Assembly (NCBI GenBank): GCA_020510985.1
Contig: CM035843.1
Span: 157,059,922-157,123,921, forward strand
Length of the DNA: 64,000 nucleotides
Origin: Pholidichthys leucotaenia
Lineage: Eukaryota
Reading direction: 5' to 3'
The first letter of the stretch is position 1. Each line of letters starts with the position of its first letter. The position numbers and the translations under genes were made by a program. The notes beneath the pieces were generated by a model. The model was given only the letters and a program-made list of their open reading frames with translations. It was not told the origin of the DNA and made no database searches. Shown here piece after piece: positions 46,542 through 57,462 of this stretch.

Positions 46542-47157
46542 GGAGGGATCATGTGTTTCTGAACCCTCCCTTAGTTATGCTGCTAATAGGTTTAGTCAGC
46601 CGGGGGACCTCCAGTAATGCACTGGGCCTCACTCCTTTTCTCACTCTCAAGGAAATATTTTTTTTTTTTTGTTGGTCATTAACATCTGTTTGTTCTCTCC
46701 CATAGATTGAGTCCCCATCGTGCTGTTTGCTCTCTGCATGTCTGTTCTTTTCTTCTTCTCTATCCCCTCACCCCCCAGCCAGTCACAGCAGATGACTGCC
46801 CCTCCCTGAGCCTGGTTCTGCTGGAGGTTTCTTCCTGTTAAAAGGGAGTTTTTCCTCTCCACCGTTGCCAAGTGCTTGCTCACAGGGGATCGCCTGATTG
46901 CTGGGGTCTTTCTGCAACTGTGGGGGTTCCCCCTACAGTTGATAGTGCTATGAGATGACTGTTGTTGTGAAATGGCGCTATATAAATAAAGTTGAATTGA
47001 ATAGAAGCGCTGGAGGATGAAGAGGCTGGAAGCTCAGTGTAGAGACTGGCAAGTTCAGATTCCTCAGGAAGGAAGCAGATGACTCTGTGCTGATCCCTGG
47101 GTCTCACAGAATAAATAGGCAGAGCCAAATAGCAGACAGGTGTGTGCGCAGGTGCGC

Positions 47158-49356
47158 CTAATTGGCGGCCATGACAGTACTCCCCCCCAACGACACGCCT
47201 CTTGGCGGATGATCCATCCTACCTGGGTGCGCCCGGTGGAAGTCCCTGATGAGTTGCTTGTCCAGCACGAAGGAGGGGCACACCCAGGATCTCCACTCTG
47301 TCCCATAGCCCTCCCAATCCACCAGGTACTGTAGACCGCGACCCCGGCGTCGGACGTCCAGAATGGCATTGACCTTCCAAGCCGGGTCATCGTCGATCAT
47401 CATCAGTGGTGGTGGGTCCCTGGGTGGAGGACACAAGGGGCTGGAGCAGACAGGCTTGAACTGGGAGACGTGAAAAGAAGGACAGATGCGGAGGAAGGGG
47501 GGAAGAGCTAGTCGCACACATACTGGGTTAATGATTTGTGTGATGGGAAAGTGTCCGATGAACCTCTGAGACATCTTCCTCCTCTCACCCTTTAAATCGA
47601 TGTGTTTCGCAGACAGCCATACCTGTTGGCCCACCTGGTAGGCGGGAGCTGGAGCCCTGTGACGGTTGGCCACTGCCGTGTTGCGCTCAGCTGTACATTG
47701 CAGAGCCTCCCGGGTAGCCCTCCAGATCTGACGACACCACTGCAGGTGGGCACAAATCGAAGGAACTGCAATGTCCCCTTCCTCCTCCGGGAACAGCAGG
47801 GGATTGTATCCCAACGAGGCCTGGAAAGGAGACATGCCTATGGCTGATGAGATGGTGGTGTTGTGCGTATACTCAATCCAGGGAAGGTGGGAGCTCCAAG
47901 ACGATGGGTTCTTGGTGGCGACACACCGCAGCGCGGCCTCCAATTCTTGGTTTGCCTGTTCACACTGCCTGTTGGTCTGAGGATGACAGCCTGAAGATAG
48001 GCTCGCTGTGGCCCCCAAGGTGCTACAAAATGATCTCCAGACTTGGGACACAAACTGGGGACCCCGGTCCGAGACAATGTCCAAGGGGATGCCATGAAGA
48101 CGAACCACATGCAGGACTAGGAGGTCTGCCGTCTCCTTGGCAGTGGGCAGCCCATGCAGGGGAACAAAATGGGCAGCCTTGGAGAATCTGCCGACCAGTG
48201 TGAGAATTACCGTATTGTGGTTGGATGATGGGAGACCGGTGATGAAATCCAGAGCCATGTGGGACCATGGACTGCCAGGGATGGGGAGGGGATGGAGTAA
48301 TCCAGCTGGAGGAGAAGAAGACGTCTTCCCGGTGGCACACTGAGAACAGGCCTGGATGTACTCCCTGACGTCCCTCTGCAGCGACGGCCACCAAAATGTC
48401 CTCTGGATCAGCTCCACTGTGCGTCCCTGCCCTGGGTGACATGAGAACTTGGATGAATGACCCCAATAAATAACCTCACCCTGGACGGCTGATGGAACAA
48501 GCAGTCTACCTGCTGGCCCCCCACCTGGGTCGGGCTTGTCCTTCAGAGCCTTCAACACCTTGTCCTTAATACCCCAGGAGATGGCACCCACAACACACGA
48601 TGGAGGTAGGATAAGGTGCTCGGGCTTCTCCGTCGTCTCCGAGGTAAACTGGCGGGACAAGGCATCCGGCTTCGTGCTCTTTGACCCGGGACGATAGGTG
48701 ATGGTGAAGTCAAACCTCCCAAAAAACAAGGACCAGCAGGCCTGCCGGGAGTTCAGACGGTTGGCCGTCCGAAGGTACTCCAAGTTCTTGTGGTCCGTCC
48801 ATACGATGAACGGCTGGGAGGCCCCCTCCAACCAATGACGCCACTCCTCCAAGGCGAGTTTGATGGCCAACAGTTCCCTGTCACTGATGTCATAATTGCG
48901 TTCAGCTGGAGATAGGCGCCGGGAGAAGAACGCACAGGGTCGGATTTTGCTATCCGCCGGAGACCTCTGAGACAGGACTGCTCCCACCCTGGAGTCCGAA
49001 GCATCCACTTCCACCAAGCACTGGAGAGAGGGGTCTACCTGCGTCAGAATGGGAGAAGAAGAAAACCTGGATTTCAGTTCAGCAAAGGCCACCGCCGCCT
49101 CCTCAGTCCACCGGAAAGGAACCTTAGGAGAGGTCAGACTGGTTAGGGGGAGAGCGATCCGGCTGTAATTTTGAATGAAGTGGCGGTAAAAGTTGGCAAA
49201 TCCCAGAAACTGTTGGAGCTGCTTTCTGGATGATGGGGTAGGCCACTCAACCACCGCTTTGATCTTACCCGGGTCGGGGAGGATCTCATTACGAGAGACA
49301 ATGAAGCCCAAGAACGAAGTCCAATTAACGTGAAACTCACATTTTTCTGCCTTCAC
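47158..49356 (-). CDS. G2 pol C-terminal region: RNase H, integrase and chromodomain (732 aa).
   Basis: [33 protein letters not shown] and DDE integrase motifs. C-terminal [33 protein letters not shown] (chromodomain-like). Confidence 0.85.
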   Translation of the reverse strand: MKAEKCEFHVNWTSFLGFIVSRNEILPDPGKIKAVVEWPTPSSRKQLQQFLGFANFYRHFIQNYSRIALPLTSLTSPKVPFRWTEEAAVAFAELKSRFSSSPILTQVDPSLQCLVEVDASDSRVGAVLSQRSPADSKIRPCAFFSRRLSPAERNYDISDRELLAIKLALEEWRHWLEGASQPFIVWTDHKNLEYLRTANRLNSRQACWSLFFGRFDFTITYRPGSKSTKPDALSRQFTSETTEKPEHLILPPSCVVGAISWGIKDKVLKALKDKPDPGGGPAGRLLVPSAVQGEVIYWGHSSKFSCHPGQGRTVELIQRTFWWPSLQRDVREYIQACSQCATGKTSSSPPAGLLHPLPIPGSPWSHMALDFITGLPSSNHNTVILTLVGRFSKAAHFVPLHGLPTAKETADLLVLHVVRLHGIPLDIVSDRGPQFVSQVWRSFCSTLGATASLSSGCHPQTNRQCEQANQELEAALRCVATKNPSSWSSHLPWIEYTHNTTISSAIGMSPFQASLGYNPLLFPEEEGDIAVPSICAHLQWCRQIWRATREALQCTAERNTAVANRHRAPAPAYQVGQQVWLSAKHIDLKGERRKMSQRFIGHFPITQIINPVCVRLALPPFLRICPSFHVSQFKPVCSSPLCPPPRDPPPLMMIDDDPAWKVNAILDVRRRGRGLQYLVDWEGYGTEWRSWVCPSFVLDKQLIRDFHRAHPGRMDHPPRGVSLGGSTVMAAN

Positions 49357-49377
49357 AAAAAGTTTGTTTTCAAATAA

Positions 49378-49878
49378 TCACTGCAGTACCCGCCTCAAGT
49401 GCACACGATGCTGTGTTGTGCCCAAGAAGTACCTCAATACATCATTAATCAGTCTCTGGAAGACGGCAGGAGCATTGGTGAGCCCGAATGGCATCACGAG
49501 ACACTCGAAGTGTCTACTCGGGGTCCAGAATGCCGTCTTCCATTCATCGCCCTCCCGGATCCGCACCAGATGATAAGCATTGCGCAGGTCCAATTTGGAT
49601 AACCAGGAGGCACCTTGAAGGGAATCAGAGGCTGAATTAATGAGAGGGAGAGTGTACTTATCTTTGACAGTTATGTTGTTTAACTCCCTAAAGTCTATAC
49701 AGGGTCTCAGTGAGCCATCCTTTTTGCCGACGAAGAAAAAAAGCCAGCCCCCACTGCTGACGACGATGGCCTGATTATGCCTGAGCTCAACGACTCCTTG
49801 ATGTACATCTCCATCGCTTCCCACTCCGGGGCAGACAGGTTGTAGAGTCTGCTGGATGGTAGAGGAGCTCCAGCGCAT
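49378..49878 (-). CDS. G2 reverse transcriptase core.
   Basis: [30 protein letters not shown] and [15 protein letters not shown] motifs. Confidence 0.8.
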   Translation of the reverse strand: MRWSSSTIQQTLQPVCPGVGSDGDVHQGVVELRHNQAIVVSSGGWLFFFVGKKDGSLRPCIDFRELNNITVKDKYTLPLINSASDSLQGASWLSKLDLRNAYHLVRIREGDEWKTAFWTPSRHFECLVMPFGLTNAPAVFQRLINDVLRYFLGTTQHRVHLRRVLQ

Positions 49879-50500
49879 AGACTAATGGCACAATCATAAG
49901 GCCCGTGGGGGGGGGGGGGGGGGGTTGCGTCTTGCTGAAGGCAGCCCCCAAGTCGTGGTATTCGGGAGGGACCTTAACCAAATCAGGAGGGGCAGGGATT
50001 GGGGCACTTAGCGGCACGGACGGCGAGCATGCAGCGGACTGAAGGCAGGCACTTAAACAGAAAGAACTCCAGGCACGGACACTCCCAGACCGCCAGTCTA
50101 TGGAGGGATTTTGCAGGCGAAGCCAGGGGTAGCTGAGGATAACTGGGGATGAAGAGATCGGCAGTACATATAACCTCAGCTCCTCCCCATGATTGCCCGA
50201 TGTAATAACAGACACTGGGGTGGTCTGGTGGGAAACTGTAGCGAAAGGGGCTTTAGAGAGGGTGATCAGTCTCAAGGGGGTCTCCAATAACTGAACGGGG
50301 AGCCCCAACCGGGTTGCCAGTTCCCCAGAGATGAAGCTCTGCTCGGCCCTGGAGTCAATGAGTGCCTGTGTAGTGAATTCCTTATGTTTAAAACAGAAAC
50401 GGATGGGAATCTGGAAACTAGTGAGGGGTTTTAACTGAGGCGTGTCCGTCAGTCCCCCTACTGTGACCCACGGACTCCCCCTTTTGGCCGTACGGGACAT
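49787..50500 (-). CDS. G2 protease region, with a degenerate active-site motif.
   Basis: ALIDSRAE occurs in place of the usual D-T/S-G-A motif. It runs through a G20 homopolymer at about 49902..49922. Confidence 0.55.
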   Translation of the reverse strand: MSRTAKRGSPWVTVGGLTDTPQLKPLTSFQIPIRFCFKHKEFTTQALIDSRAEQSFISGELATRLGLPVQLLETPLRLITLSKAPFATVSHQTTPVSVITSGNHGEELRLYVLPISSSPVILSYPWLRLQNPSIDWRSGSVRAWSSFCLSACLQSAACSPSVPLSAPIPAPPDLVKVPPEYHDLGAAFSKTQPPPPPPTGLMIVPLVYALELLYHPADSTTCLPRSGKRWRCTSRSR

Positions 50501-51033
50501 AACTCAAGCTTGTGTTCCTCACTCCCACAGTAAACACATAAGCCTAGTTCCTTCCACCGCTGTCTCTCAGCAGCAGACAGCTTAGTTAGACCTGTCACCA
50601 TGGGTTCTGGCTCATCCGGGGAATCGGCTGGAGGTAACGCCAATAAAGGGGGCTGCAGGGAACAGCGAAACTGACTACCCGAGCAACCAGAAGTCTTACG
50701 CTCAGTCACCCATTCTCTCAGTCTGTTGTCAAGGTTGATAGCTAGCGAAATTAGCTCGGTCAAGTTGGAGGGTTTTTCTAAGGGAGCTAACTCATCCCGC
50801 AGGCTGGGACAGAGGCTTCTGATGAAGATACTACATAATGAGGCACCCTCCCACCCCACCTCTGTGGCTACGACCAGGAAGTCTACGGCGTAATTGGCAA
50901 CAGCCCTTGCCCCCTGCTTTAAATTCAACAACCGGGAGGTAAGCACACTATCACGGTTGGAGTGGTCGAACACCTCCTTAAACTTCCTAACAAACTGTGC
51001 GTAGGTGAGAGAAGCGTAGTCAGCCCTAGCCAA
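50458..51033 (-). CDS. G2 gag with a CCHC-like knuckle.
   Basis: [15 protein letters not shown]. Confidence 0.7.
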   Translation of the reverse strand: MARADYASLTYAQFVRKFKEVFDHSNRDSVLTSRLLNLKQGARAVANYAVDFLVVATEVGWEGASLCSIFIRSLCPSLRDELAPLEKPSNLTELISLAINLDNRLREWVTERKTSGCSGSQFRCSLQPPLLALPPADSPDEPEPMVTGLTKLSAAERQRWKELGLCVYCGSEEHKLELCPVRPKGGVRGSQ

Positions 51034-51182
51034 TAACGGTGTAGGCCCAAGCCAAAGCTCACCCCTCCAACAAATTAATTACATAACCTATTCGGCTATG
51101 GTCAGAAGGAAAATCCCCTGGCACCCGCTGAAACACAGTGTCGCACTGCAGCAAAAATCCCCTAGCTTCTCCTAATTTACCA

Positions 51183-52285
51183 CTGAAGATAAGATAAGAT
51201 AAGATAAGCCTTTATTAGTCCCACAATGGGGAAATTCCAGGATTCCAACAGCACAGGGATAGCAACACTCAGAGCAATAATTAAGAAGATACGGAAGATA
51301 TAAATAAGAGCAGTGGATATACATACATACACATCAATATATAAATATATATACAAAGTGCGGAGCATTGTAGCGAGATGGAATAAACAGCATAACCGTC
51401 TACTTAGTTATCCTACGTAGTATGAATATGTACCCATACATATTGTCACCCTCCATAGCGACCGATACCATCCTAGTTGTATATACTGGAGGGGACCATT
51501 GTGTAAGTCTATTGCGTCTTTTGCATTCAGTACTATTAGGTCGTCACATTTTTTGCTATCTCTGCGAGCAGCCCTGCTTAGGTTATACAGTCTGACTGCC
51601 GTAGGTAGGAAGGACCTGCGAAACCTCTCGGTTTCGCACCTAGGATGATGTAGTCTGCTGCTAAATGAACTCCTCAGTGCGTTCAATATGTCCTGCATAG
51701 GGTGGGACTTGGACTCCAGCAGAGATGACAGTTTAGCCACCATCCTTCTCTCTCCTATCTCCTCCACTGGGTCAGGGCGCTGCCCCAGGACAGAGCTAGC
51801 TTTCTTGATCAGTTTGTTCAGTCTCTTCCTATCGGCTGCTGTAATGCCACTGCCCCAGCAGACCACTCCAAAAGTGATGGCTGATGCCACCACCGTGTCG
51901 TAGAATGTCTTCAGCAGCGCCCCTTGTACACCAAAAGACCTGAGTCTCCTCAGTAGGAACAGCCTGCGCTGTCCCTTCTTGTAGAGTGCGTCGGTATTGT
52001 GTGACCAGTCTAGTTTATTGTTCAGATGAACACCCAGGTACTTGTAGGATGTCACCATCTCAATGTCTGTTCCCTGTATGTTTACTGGTGCTGTGAGGAG
52101 GTTGTCCTTGGCTGCGGCAGTCCACCACTAGCTCCTTAGTTTTCCTCGCGTTGATCTGGAGGCAGTTCCTATGGCACCAGTCCACGAAGTCCTGGATAAG
52201 TCCTCTGTACTCAGCTTCATCTCCATTGGAGATGAGGCCGACAATTGCAGAGTCGTCAGAGAACTTCTGTAGATGGCACCTGTAG
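51183..52285 (-). mobile_element. Family-4 L2-like LINE, 5'-truncated, with a (CTTAT)n tail, nested in G2 gag.
   Basis: ORF 51408..52058 plus RT motifs FSDDSAIVGLISNGD at about 52240. The G2 gag frame continues on both sides (RFIYR | ... | GDFPSDHSRIGY). Confidence 0.8.
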
Positions 52286-52554
52286 ATGAAACGGGTGGGA
52301 TTAGGTATGGGAGTAAGACGGAGCGGGGAGCCTGATGTAACCTGGCTACTGACAGAGCTAACAGGTGCAGGTGAGCTAGCGGGAGCAGGAGGGAAGGCCT
52401 GTGGGTTAGCTAGGCGGTCCAACCGATCAGTAACTTGAGCTAGCTGTGTGAGTATGGTTTGCTGCTGGTAGGCTAACTGGTCCACCCAAGCTTCTAAGTT
52501 GTTAACCTTGCACGCTAGCACGCTATCTGCTGGGTCACTCTGGCGGAGTTGTAC

Positions 52555-53195
52555 TGACATGGTATAGACCCAAGAAGCAGACATAACTCAGGAAGCACAA
52601 TTAACCTTTTATTAATAATAGTGTGAATGTATGGATGCGTGTGTGAATGTCTGTAGTGAGTGTAGTGCGTGGTTGAATCAGCTTGGGGCAAGCAGAGCAC
52701 CGTACAACCTGGCAACCCTAGGGACAGAGCAGAGAGATAATTAGGAGTTATCTTGACAGGAGAAGTGCCAGATAGAACTGTCCTTACTTTCTGCTGAGTT
52801 GGAGAAGCACACAGGTTGGCACATCGGCCCAGGCCAGGAGGACAGCGCCAGTCGCCCCGTTGGAGGTGTAGCAGGCAGGTGAACTAGGCAAGGGAGTCTG
52901 CCGCCAGGTGGAAGGGAGTCCGCCGCCGGGAGGACACCGCCTGTGCACAGGAGTAGAAGATGGTTGAGAGGAAAGGTTCAGACTTACTTGGCTGCCGGAT
53001 GGTTTGGAGACCCTTGGCGAGCAGAAGCTCTGGAGGATGAAGAGGCTGGAAGCTCAGTGTAGAGTTGGCGAGTTCAGATTCCTCAGGAAGGAAGCAGACG
53101 ACTCCGTGCTGATCCCTGGGTCTCACAGAATAAATAGGCAGAGCCAAATAGCAGACAGGTGTGTGTGCAGGTGTGCCTAATTGGCGGCCATGACA
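52555..53195 (-). repeat. G2 5' LTR.
   Basis: Matches the split 3' LTR. The gag N-terminal coding region (MSVQLRQSDPADSVL...) starts right inside it. Confidence 0.75.
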
Positions 53196-53391
53196 TTTTT
53201 TTTTGTAAATTTTAGATCTTTTTTCTCCTAAATTTGCATTTTTTCCCATAAATCTGCAAATTTTTTCTCAAAAATTAATGACATTTTTCCTTATTAATAT
53301 GCACATTTTTCCATGCAAATCTGCAACGTTTTCCTGCAAAATATAAACTTTTTTCTCATAAACTTGTGATTTTTTTTCTCATAAATATACA

Positions 53392-53442
<51 letters not shown>

Positions 53443-53600
53443 TTACAAGCAATATAAATATTGCTTGTAAATTTGTAGTTTTTTTCCTGTAAATTTTCAA
53501 GTTTTTCTCATAGATTTACAAGTTTTTTGTTCTGTTTTTTACTTTTTTCATGAATTTGCAACATTCTTCTTAAAAATTTGTGACTTTTTTCTAGTTAATT
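53196..53600. repeat. Satellite S array containing a (TA)n microsatellite at about 53398..53441.
   Basis: Same ~20-bp unit as 40690..41310. It is the other flank of the G2 insertion. Confidence 0.75.
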
Positions 53601-54029
53601 GGCAGTTTTCTTCACATGACTGGGTTGGTCACGCTCATCCCCTTTAACACATGTATACCAGCTGTGATTTAAATGGATACCATTTCTAGCAGTGCTGCAT
53701 CTTTCAGAATTTTTTGTGAAATTGGTCATGTTAATCCAAAAATAGGAAAAAAAAAAAACTCCAAGAAGCATCCAAAAGTTGTTGATGAGCACGGTCCCCA
53801 CTCCAAGGGCCTCAAACTGGAAAAAGGGGCAAAGGTCATGCCAGCCCAGAGGACCCGGATGCTGACCCTGACCCAACCGGGGCTGTAAATTCTAATCGCT
53901 CCACAAGACATCCCTGTTCCCACCTGATTCATTAATCCACAGTTGATAATATCTCATGTCATTCCAGCTGTTTTTTCATTATATGTCGGCCATGCTAGTC
54001 TGGGAGACGCCTCGACTGGGTGGCCAGTA

Positions 54030-54425
54030 ACGTTGTAGTCAAGACCAGACCAAAACCAGAGTGTAGAAGAACTAAGACTTTAGGGGCGAGACCAAATCAA
54101 GACCAACCAAAGCTGCAGAGAGAACCAGTCGAGACCAAGGTCACTGAGTATGTAGGTTCTGATCTCAACTTGGTCTAGAACCGTTGTTGTCCTGGTCTTG
54201 TGAGACTCTGGTCTTGACGAAGTCTTGACTATGACACTAGCGGCGATTTCAGTCTTGTCTACCATATTAGTGATTGCCCCCAGTGGGGAGAGGCCATCAA
54301 ATGTTAGCTTAGCTTCTATATATTCTGTTTATTATTATTGTAGTCAAGACCTCGTCAGGACCAGTCTCCCAAGACCAACCCGAGACCTACATCCATAGTG
54401 GTCTCGGTCTGGTCTCGACTACAAC
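54030..54425. mobile_element. Foldback or MITE-like element with ~21-bp TIRs and an internally palindromic body.
   Basis: CGTTGTAGTCAAGACCAGACC at 54030 compared with GGTCTGGTCTCGACTACAACG at 54405. Internal AGACCAA/TTGGTCT-type motifs occur in both orientations. Confidence 0.45.
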
Positions 54426-55125
54426 GCTCATTATTTGCTGTCTACCCTCACTAGCCGTGTGGACAGACTGACAGATGAGGCCAGCTAGCGTTAGCAGAGT
54501 TTCCCCATTCACTTGTCCCCAGGGATCGGTCATATCCTACTGTCCACTCAAACCACTCACCCCTGTCCCTGATAATCATTCATTTGGGCTTTTAAGAACT
54601 TGCAGTGATGAAGTGCTTCATCTCTAATAGCTTCTGCATTTTGTGTAACGGCACAAATCAGCCGAATGAGGCAGGAGTGTTTTCAGACCTGCTGAAAGGT
54701 CTGAGTACGATAACAACACAGGACAAGTGGATACATCTGATCACATGGTCCGTCTCTAAGGAAGGAAGGACATCCTCCAGAACGTTTCAGCTCAAAAAGC
54801 TGTTAGCTGAGAAATTGGTTGCCCGAGGGGCAATCTTGTTCAGGCCATGGGAGTGATGTGAAGAGCAGCAAAGAAAAATTGGTAGCAGTAAAAGGCTCAG
54901 TTCATTAGCAGAAGATGTTAGAGGTGCAGCTGTGAATTCTGTGAAACGTCACGTGTGTTGATGTTTCACAGAGCACAAAGACGGCTTCTGGGGGGTGTCA
55001 TTCTTCCCCGAAATCCCCAAATTCTTTCAAGCATTTTTGAATTGATGTTTTTCCACATTTGATGATGATCATGGAGACCTCGTCTGAAAAGATGTGATGT
55101 AACAATTAAACATTCCCAAACTGTT

Positions 55126-55270
55126 TTGACAGTAGCCACTATTGCTCACGTGCTTGTTCCATTGAAACTCGCTTCCATCCACCCATCCATCCATCCGTCC
55201 GTCCGTCCATCCATCCTTCTGTCCATCCATCCATCCGTCCATCCGTCCTACCGTCCGTCCATCCATACCC
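55126..55270. repeat. (CCAT/CCGT)n microsatellite.
   Basis: Direct reading. It also drives the spurious 162-aa ORF 55126..55614. Confidence 0.85.
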
Positions 55271-55400
55271 AGCCAGCATGTCCATGTGGGCCCCACCAAA
55301 GGTTAAACTGGGCTGTCTACTGGGTCCCATGTGGGTTTGTCCATGAGTTCCATGTTGGCCCCATCTGTGTTTGCCCACATGGACTTTACATGTGGCACAG
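55268..55400 (+). repeat. Arm W, about 130 bp. An inverted copy lies at 56837..56978.
   Basis: Reverse-complement match at about 90% identity between the two arms. Confidence 0.65.
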
Positions 55401-55479
55401 GAAAGCAGGTGATATGTTTACCTGCATTAAACCCACCTGGGCCCCATGTGGGTTTAATCTAGGCGATCAGGTTTCAGTT

Positions 55480-55711
55480 ACACTGGTGCCAAAATTACAA
55501 GGAAAAAAGTCACATATTTATGAGAAAAAACGTTGCAAATTTATGAGAAAAAAATATGAAAATTTATGGGAAACAAATCACAAATTTACAAAAAAAATAG
55601 GAGGAAATGCATGACTAAAAAACGTCACAAATTTATGAGAAAAAAGTGAAAATTTCGGAGAAAAAGTTGGCACATTTACAAGAAAAAAAATAGTAAAATT
55701 ACTTCAAAAAC
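55480..55711. repeat. Satellite S array in reverse orientation.
   Basis: Units GTTGCAAATTTATGAGAAAAAA. Confidence 0.7.
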
Positions 55712-56303
55712 ATTACAAACTTACTGACATAACGCACGGCTCAGGAGACGCACACACACAGGCTCAAAGTAGTTCAAATAGTTTATTAACAGCAGGCGTG
55801 TATGAGTGTGTGTCTGCGGGATGTAAATGTGTTGGTGGCGGCGTCTGCTTCGGGCACAGAGGCAGGAGACCGTACAGCCGGACAACCCTATGGGAAAAAA
55901 CACAAGGAGAGAGGGTGACGGGCACACACCAACACAGGAGAAGAATGAGCGAGAGAGGAGCTTACTTGGGAGGGACAGATGACTGGCACAACAAGGACGA
56001 GACCTGGTAGACAGCCACCTGCAGAGCTCGGTGCAGCAGTGAGGAATGGGCGATGGAGAGGCGTTGTCCGCCGCCGAGGAATCCACCTGTGCACAGGGGA
56101 GCAGACTGGGAAGAGAAGGAAGGTAAGATCTTCTTACCCGAGTAGCACGCTGAGGGTGAAGGAAACTCACAGCGAATCATGAAGAAGTCCGACGGCTTCA
56201 GGCCGAAGCTCAGGGCGAGGCGGCCTATATCCCTCGCCGCTGATGATGTGCAGGTGTGCGTGCAGGTGGCGCCGCTGATGAGCGGCGCGGCGTGACACTT
56301 ACC
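55712..56303. repeat. Diverged solo LTR related to the G2 LTR, embedded in satellite S.
   Basis: The TGACATAAC... start and motifs TCCGCCNCCGAGGA..CCTGTGCACAGGGG..GAAGG are shared with 41316..41800. Confidence 0.5.
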
Positions 56304-56830
56304 AGAAAAAGTTTGCAAATTTTCAAGAAAAAAAGATACAAATTGATGAGGAAACAAATAGAAAAAGGTCCAAATTTAAAAAAGTAGTAAATATATGAGT
56401 AAATAAATTGAAAATTTATGAGAAAATAAAATCTCAAATTTATGAGAAAAAGTTGCAAATCTAGGGAAAAAGTCACAAATTTACAAGGAAAATGCAGCAA
56501 CTATGTCAAAACGTTGCAAGATCACAGTTAAAAAAGCTACAAATGTATGAGAAAAAGTTGCAAATTTACAAGAAAAAAATCACAAATTTATGAGGGAAAA
56601 GTTGAAAGTTTACAGGGAAAAGAAAACAAACAAATTTATGAGAAAAAAATTGCAAATTTATAAGAAAAAATAGTAAATTTCTGAGAAAAATATGAAAATT
56701 TACAGTAAAAAGGTTGATAATTTATGAGAAAGTTTCAAATTTTCAAGAAAAAGTAACAAATTTATGGGAAAAAAAGTCACAAATTTACAAGAAAATTGCA
56801 AATTTATGAGAAAATAAGTTGAAAATAGGT
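56304..56830. repeat. Satellite S array in reverse orientation.
   Basis: Same unit as 55480..55711. Confidence 0.7.
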
Positions 56831-56836
56831 AAAATA

Positions 56837-56978
56837 GGTCCCACAGGTAAAGCGAATGTGAGCAAACACAGATGGAGCCAACATGGAACCCATGGACAAA
56901 CCCACATGGACCCATAAGACAGCCCAGTTTTAACCTGTAGTGGGGCCCACATGGACGTGCTGGCTGGGCCTTGCCTAC
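56837..56978 (-). repeat. Arm W, inverted copy.
   Basis: Reverse complement of 55268..55400. Confidence 0.65.
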
Positions 56979-57462
56979 AAAGATATGACGTAACCATTAA
57001 ACATTCCCAGTGTGGAGAATGTGGAAATGACGAGGCTGAGTTTATCTCATGAGTCAGGTTTATTCCATTCTCCAACATCATCAAAAACAGAAAGAGAAAG
57101 AAACCCCTAGACATTCGTCCTTTTATACCCCAGGACATCAAAGCACACAGTCACATTGTATTTAATCCCAAGTAACAATGTGTCTTCTTCCAGATCTTCT
57201 CACCTACACCTAAAGTCACTGGTGGCCAGGAAATCCCTCAAGGCCATCTCTTTGCATACAAAAGGCCACATTTCACATCCTCCTGTTATCTCCTAGGAGG
57301 CTCAGTCCTTTTGTTCATCTGAGACGTGAAGCATACAGTAAGCATACAGTAATATACATGTGAAGCATATGAAACCCACATATGTGTCCCACATGACCCC
57401 CCCCAAACGTCTAAGATGGAACAATGTAATAACAGTCTGCATGTCATGAAAAATCACACACA

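Larger units (their letters stand above)
41787..47002 (+). mobile_element. Full-length CR1/L2-like LINE (copy b, esterase-type ORF1) inserted in the G2 3' LTR, with TSD AGAAG.
   Basis: AGAAG at 41782..41786 and 47003..47007. The uninterrupted LTR is seen at 53015..53040. Confidence 0.85.
41311..53195 (-). mobile_element. Chromodomain-containing Ty3/Gypsy element G2 inserted in satellite S (TSD TTTTT). Its ~640-bp LTRs have perfect 8-bp terminal inverted repeats TGTCATGG / CCATGACA.
   Basis: The LTR at 52555..53195 equals 41311..41786 joined to 47003..47180. A polypurine run TTGGGGGGGAG lies directly 5' of the 3' LTR. The gag, PR, RT and RH-IN-chromodomain ORFs are listed separately. Confidence 0.8.

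Noticed and set aside
46647-46883. ORFs in LINE 3' UTRs (46647..46883 minus and 50..364 plus, which are the same peptide).
   Set aside because: The sequence is identical in both copies only because it is the LINE 3' UTR. It lies antisense or downstream of the ORF2 stop and has no motif.
55126-55614. 162-aa ORF ([11 protein letters not shown]...).
   Set aside because: It is produced by reading through the (CCAT/CCGT)n microsatellite.
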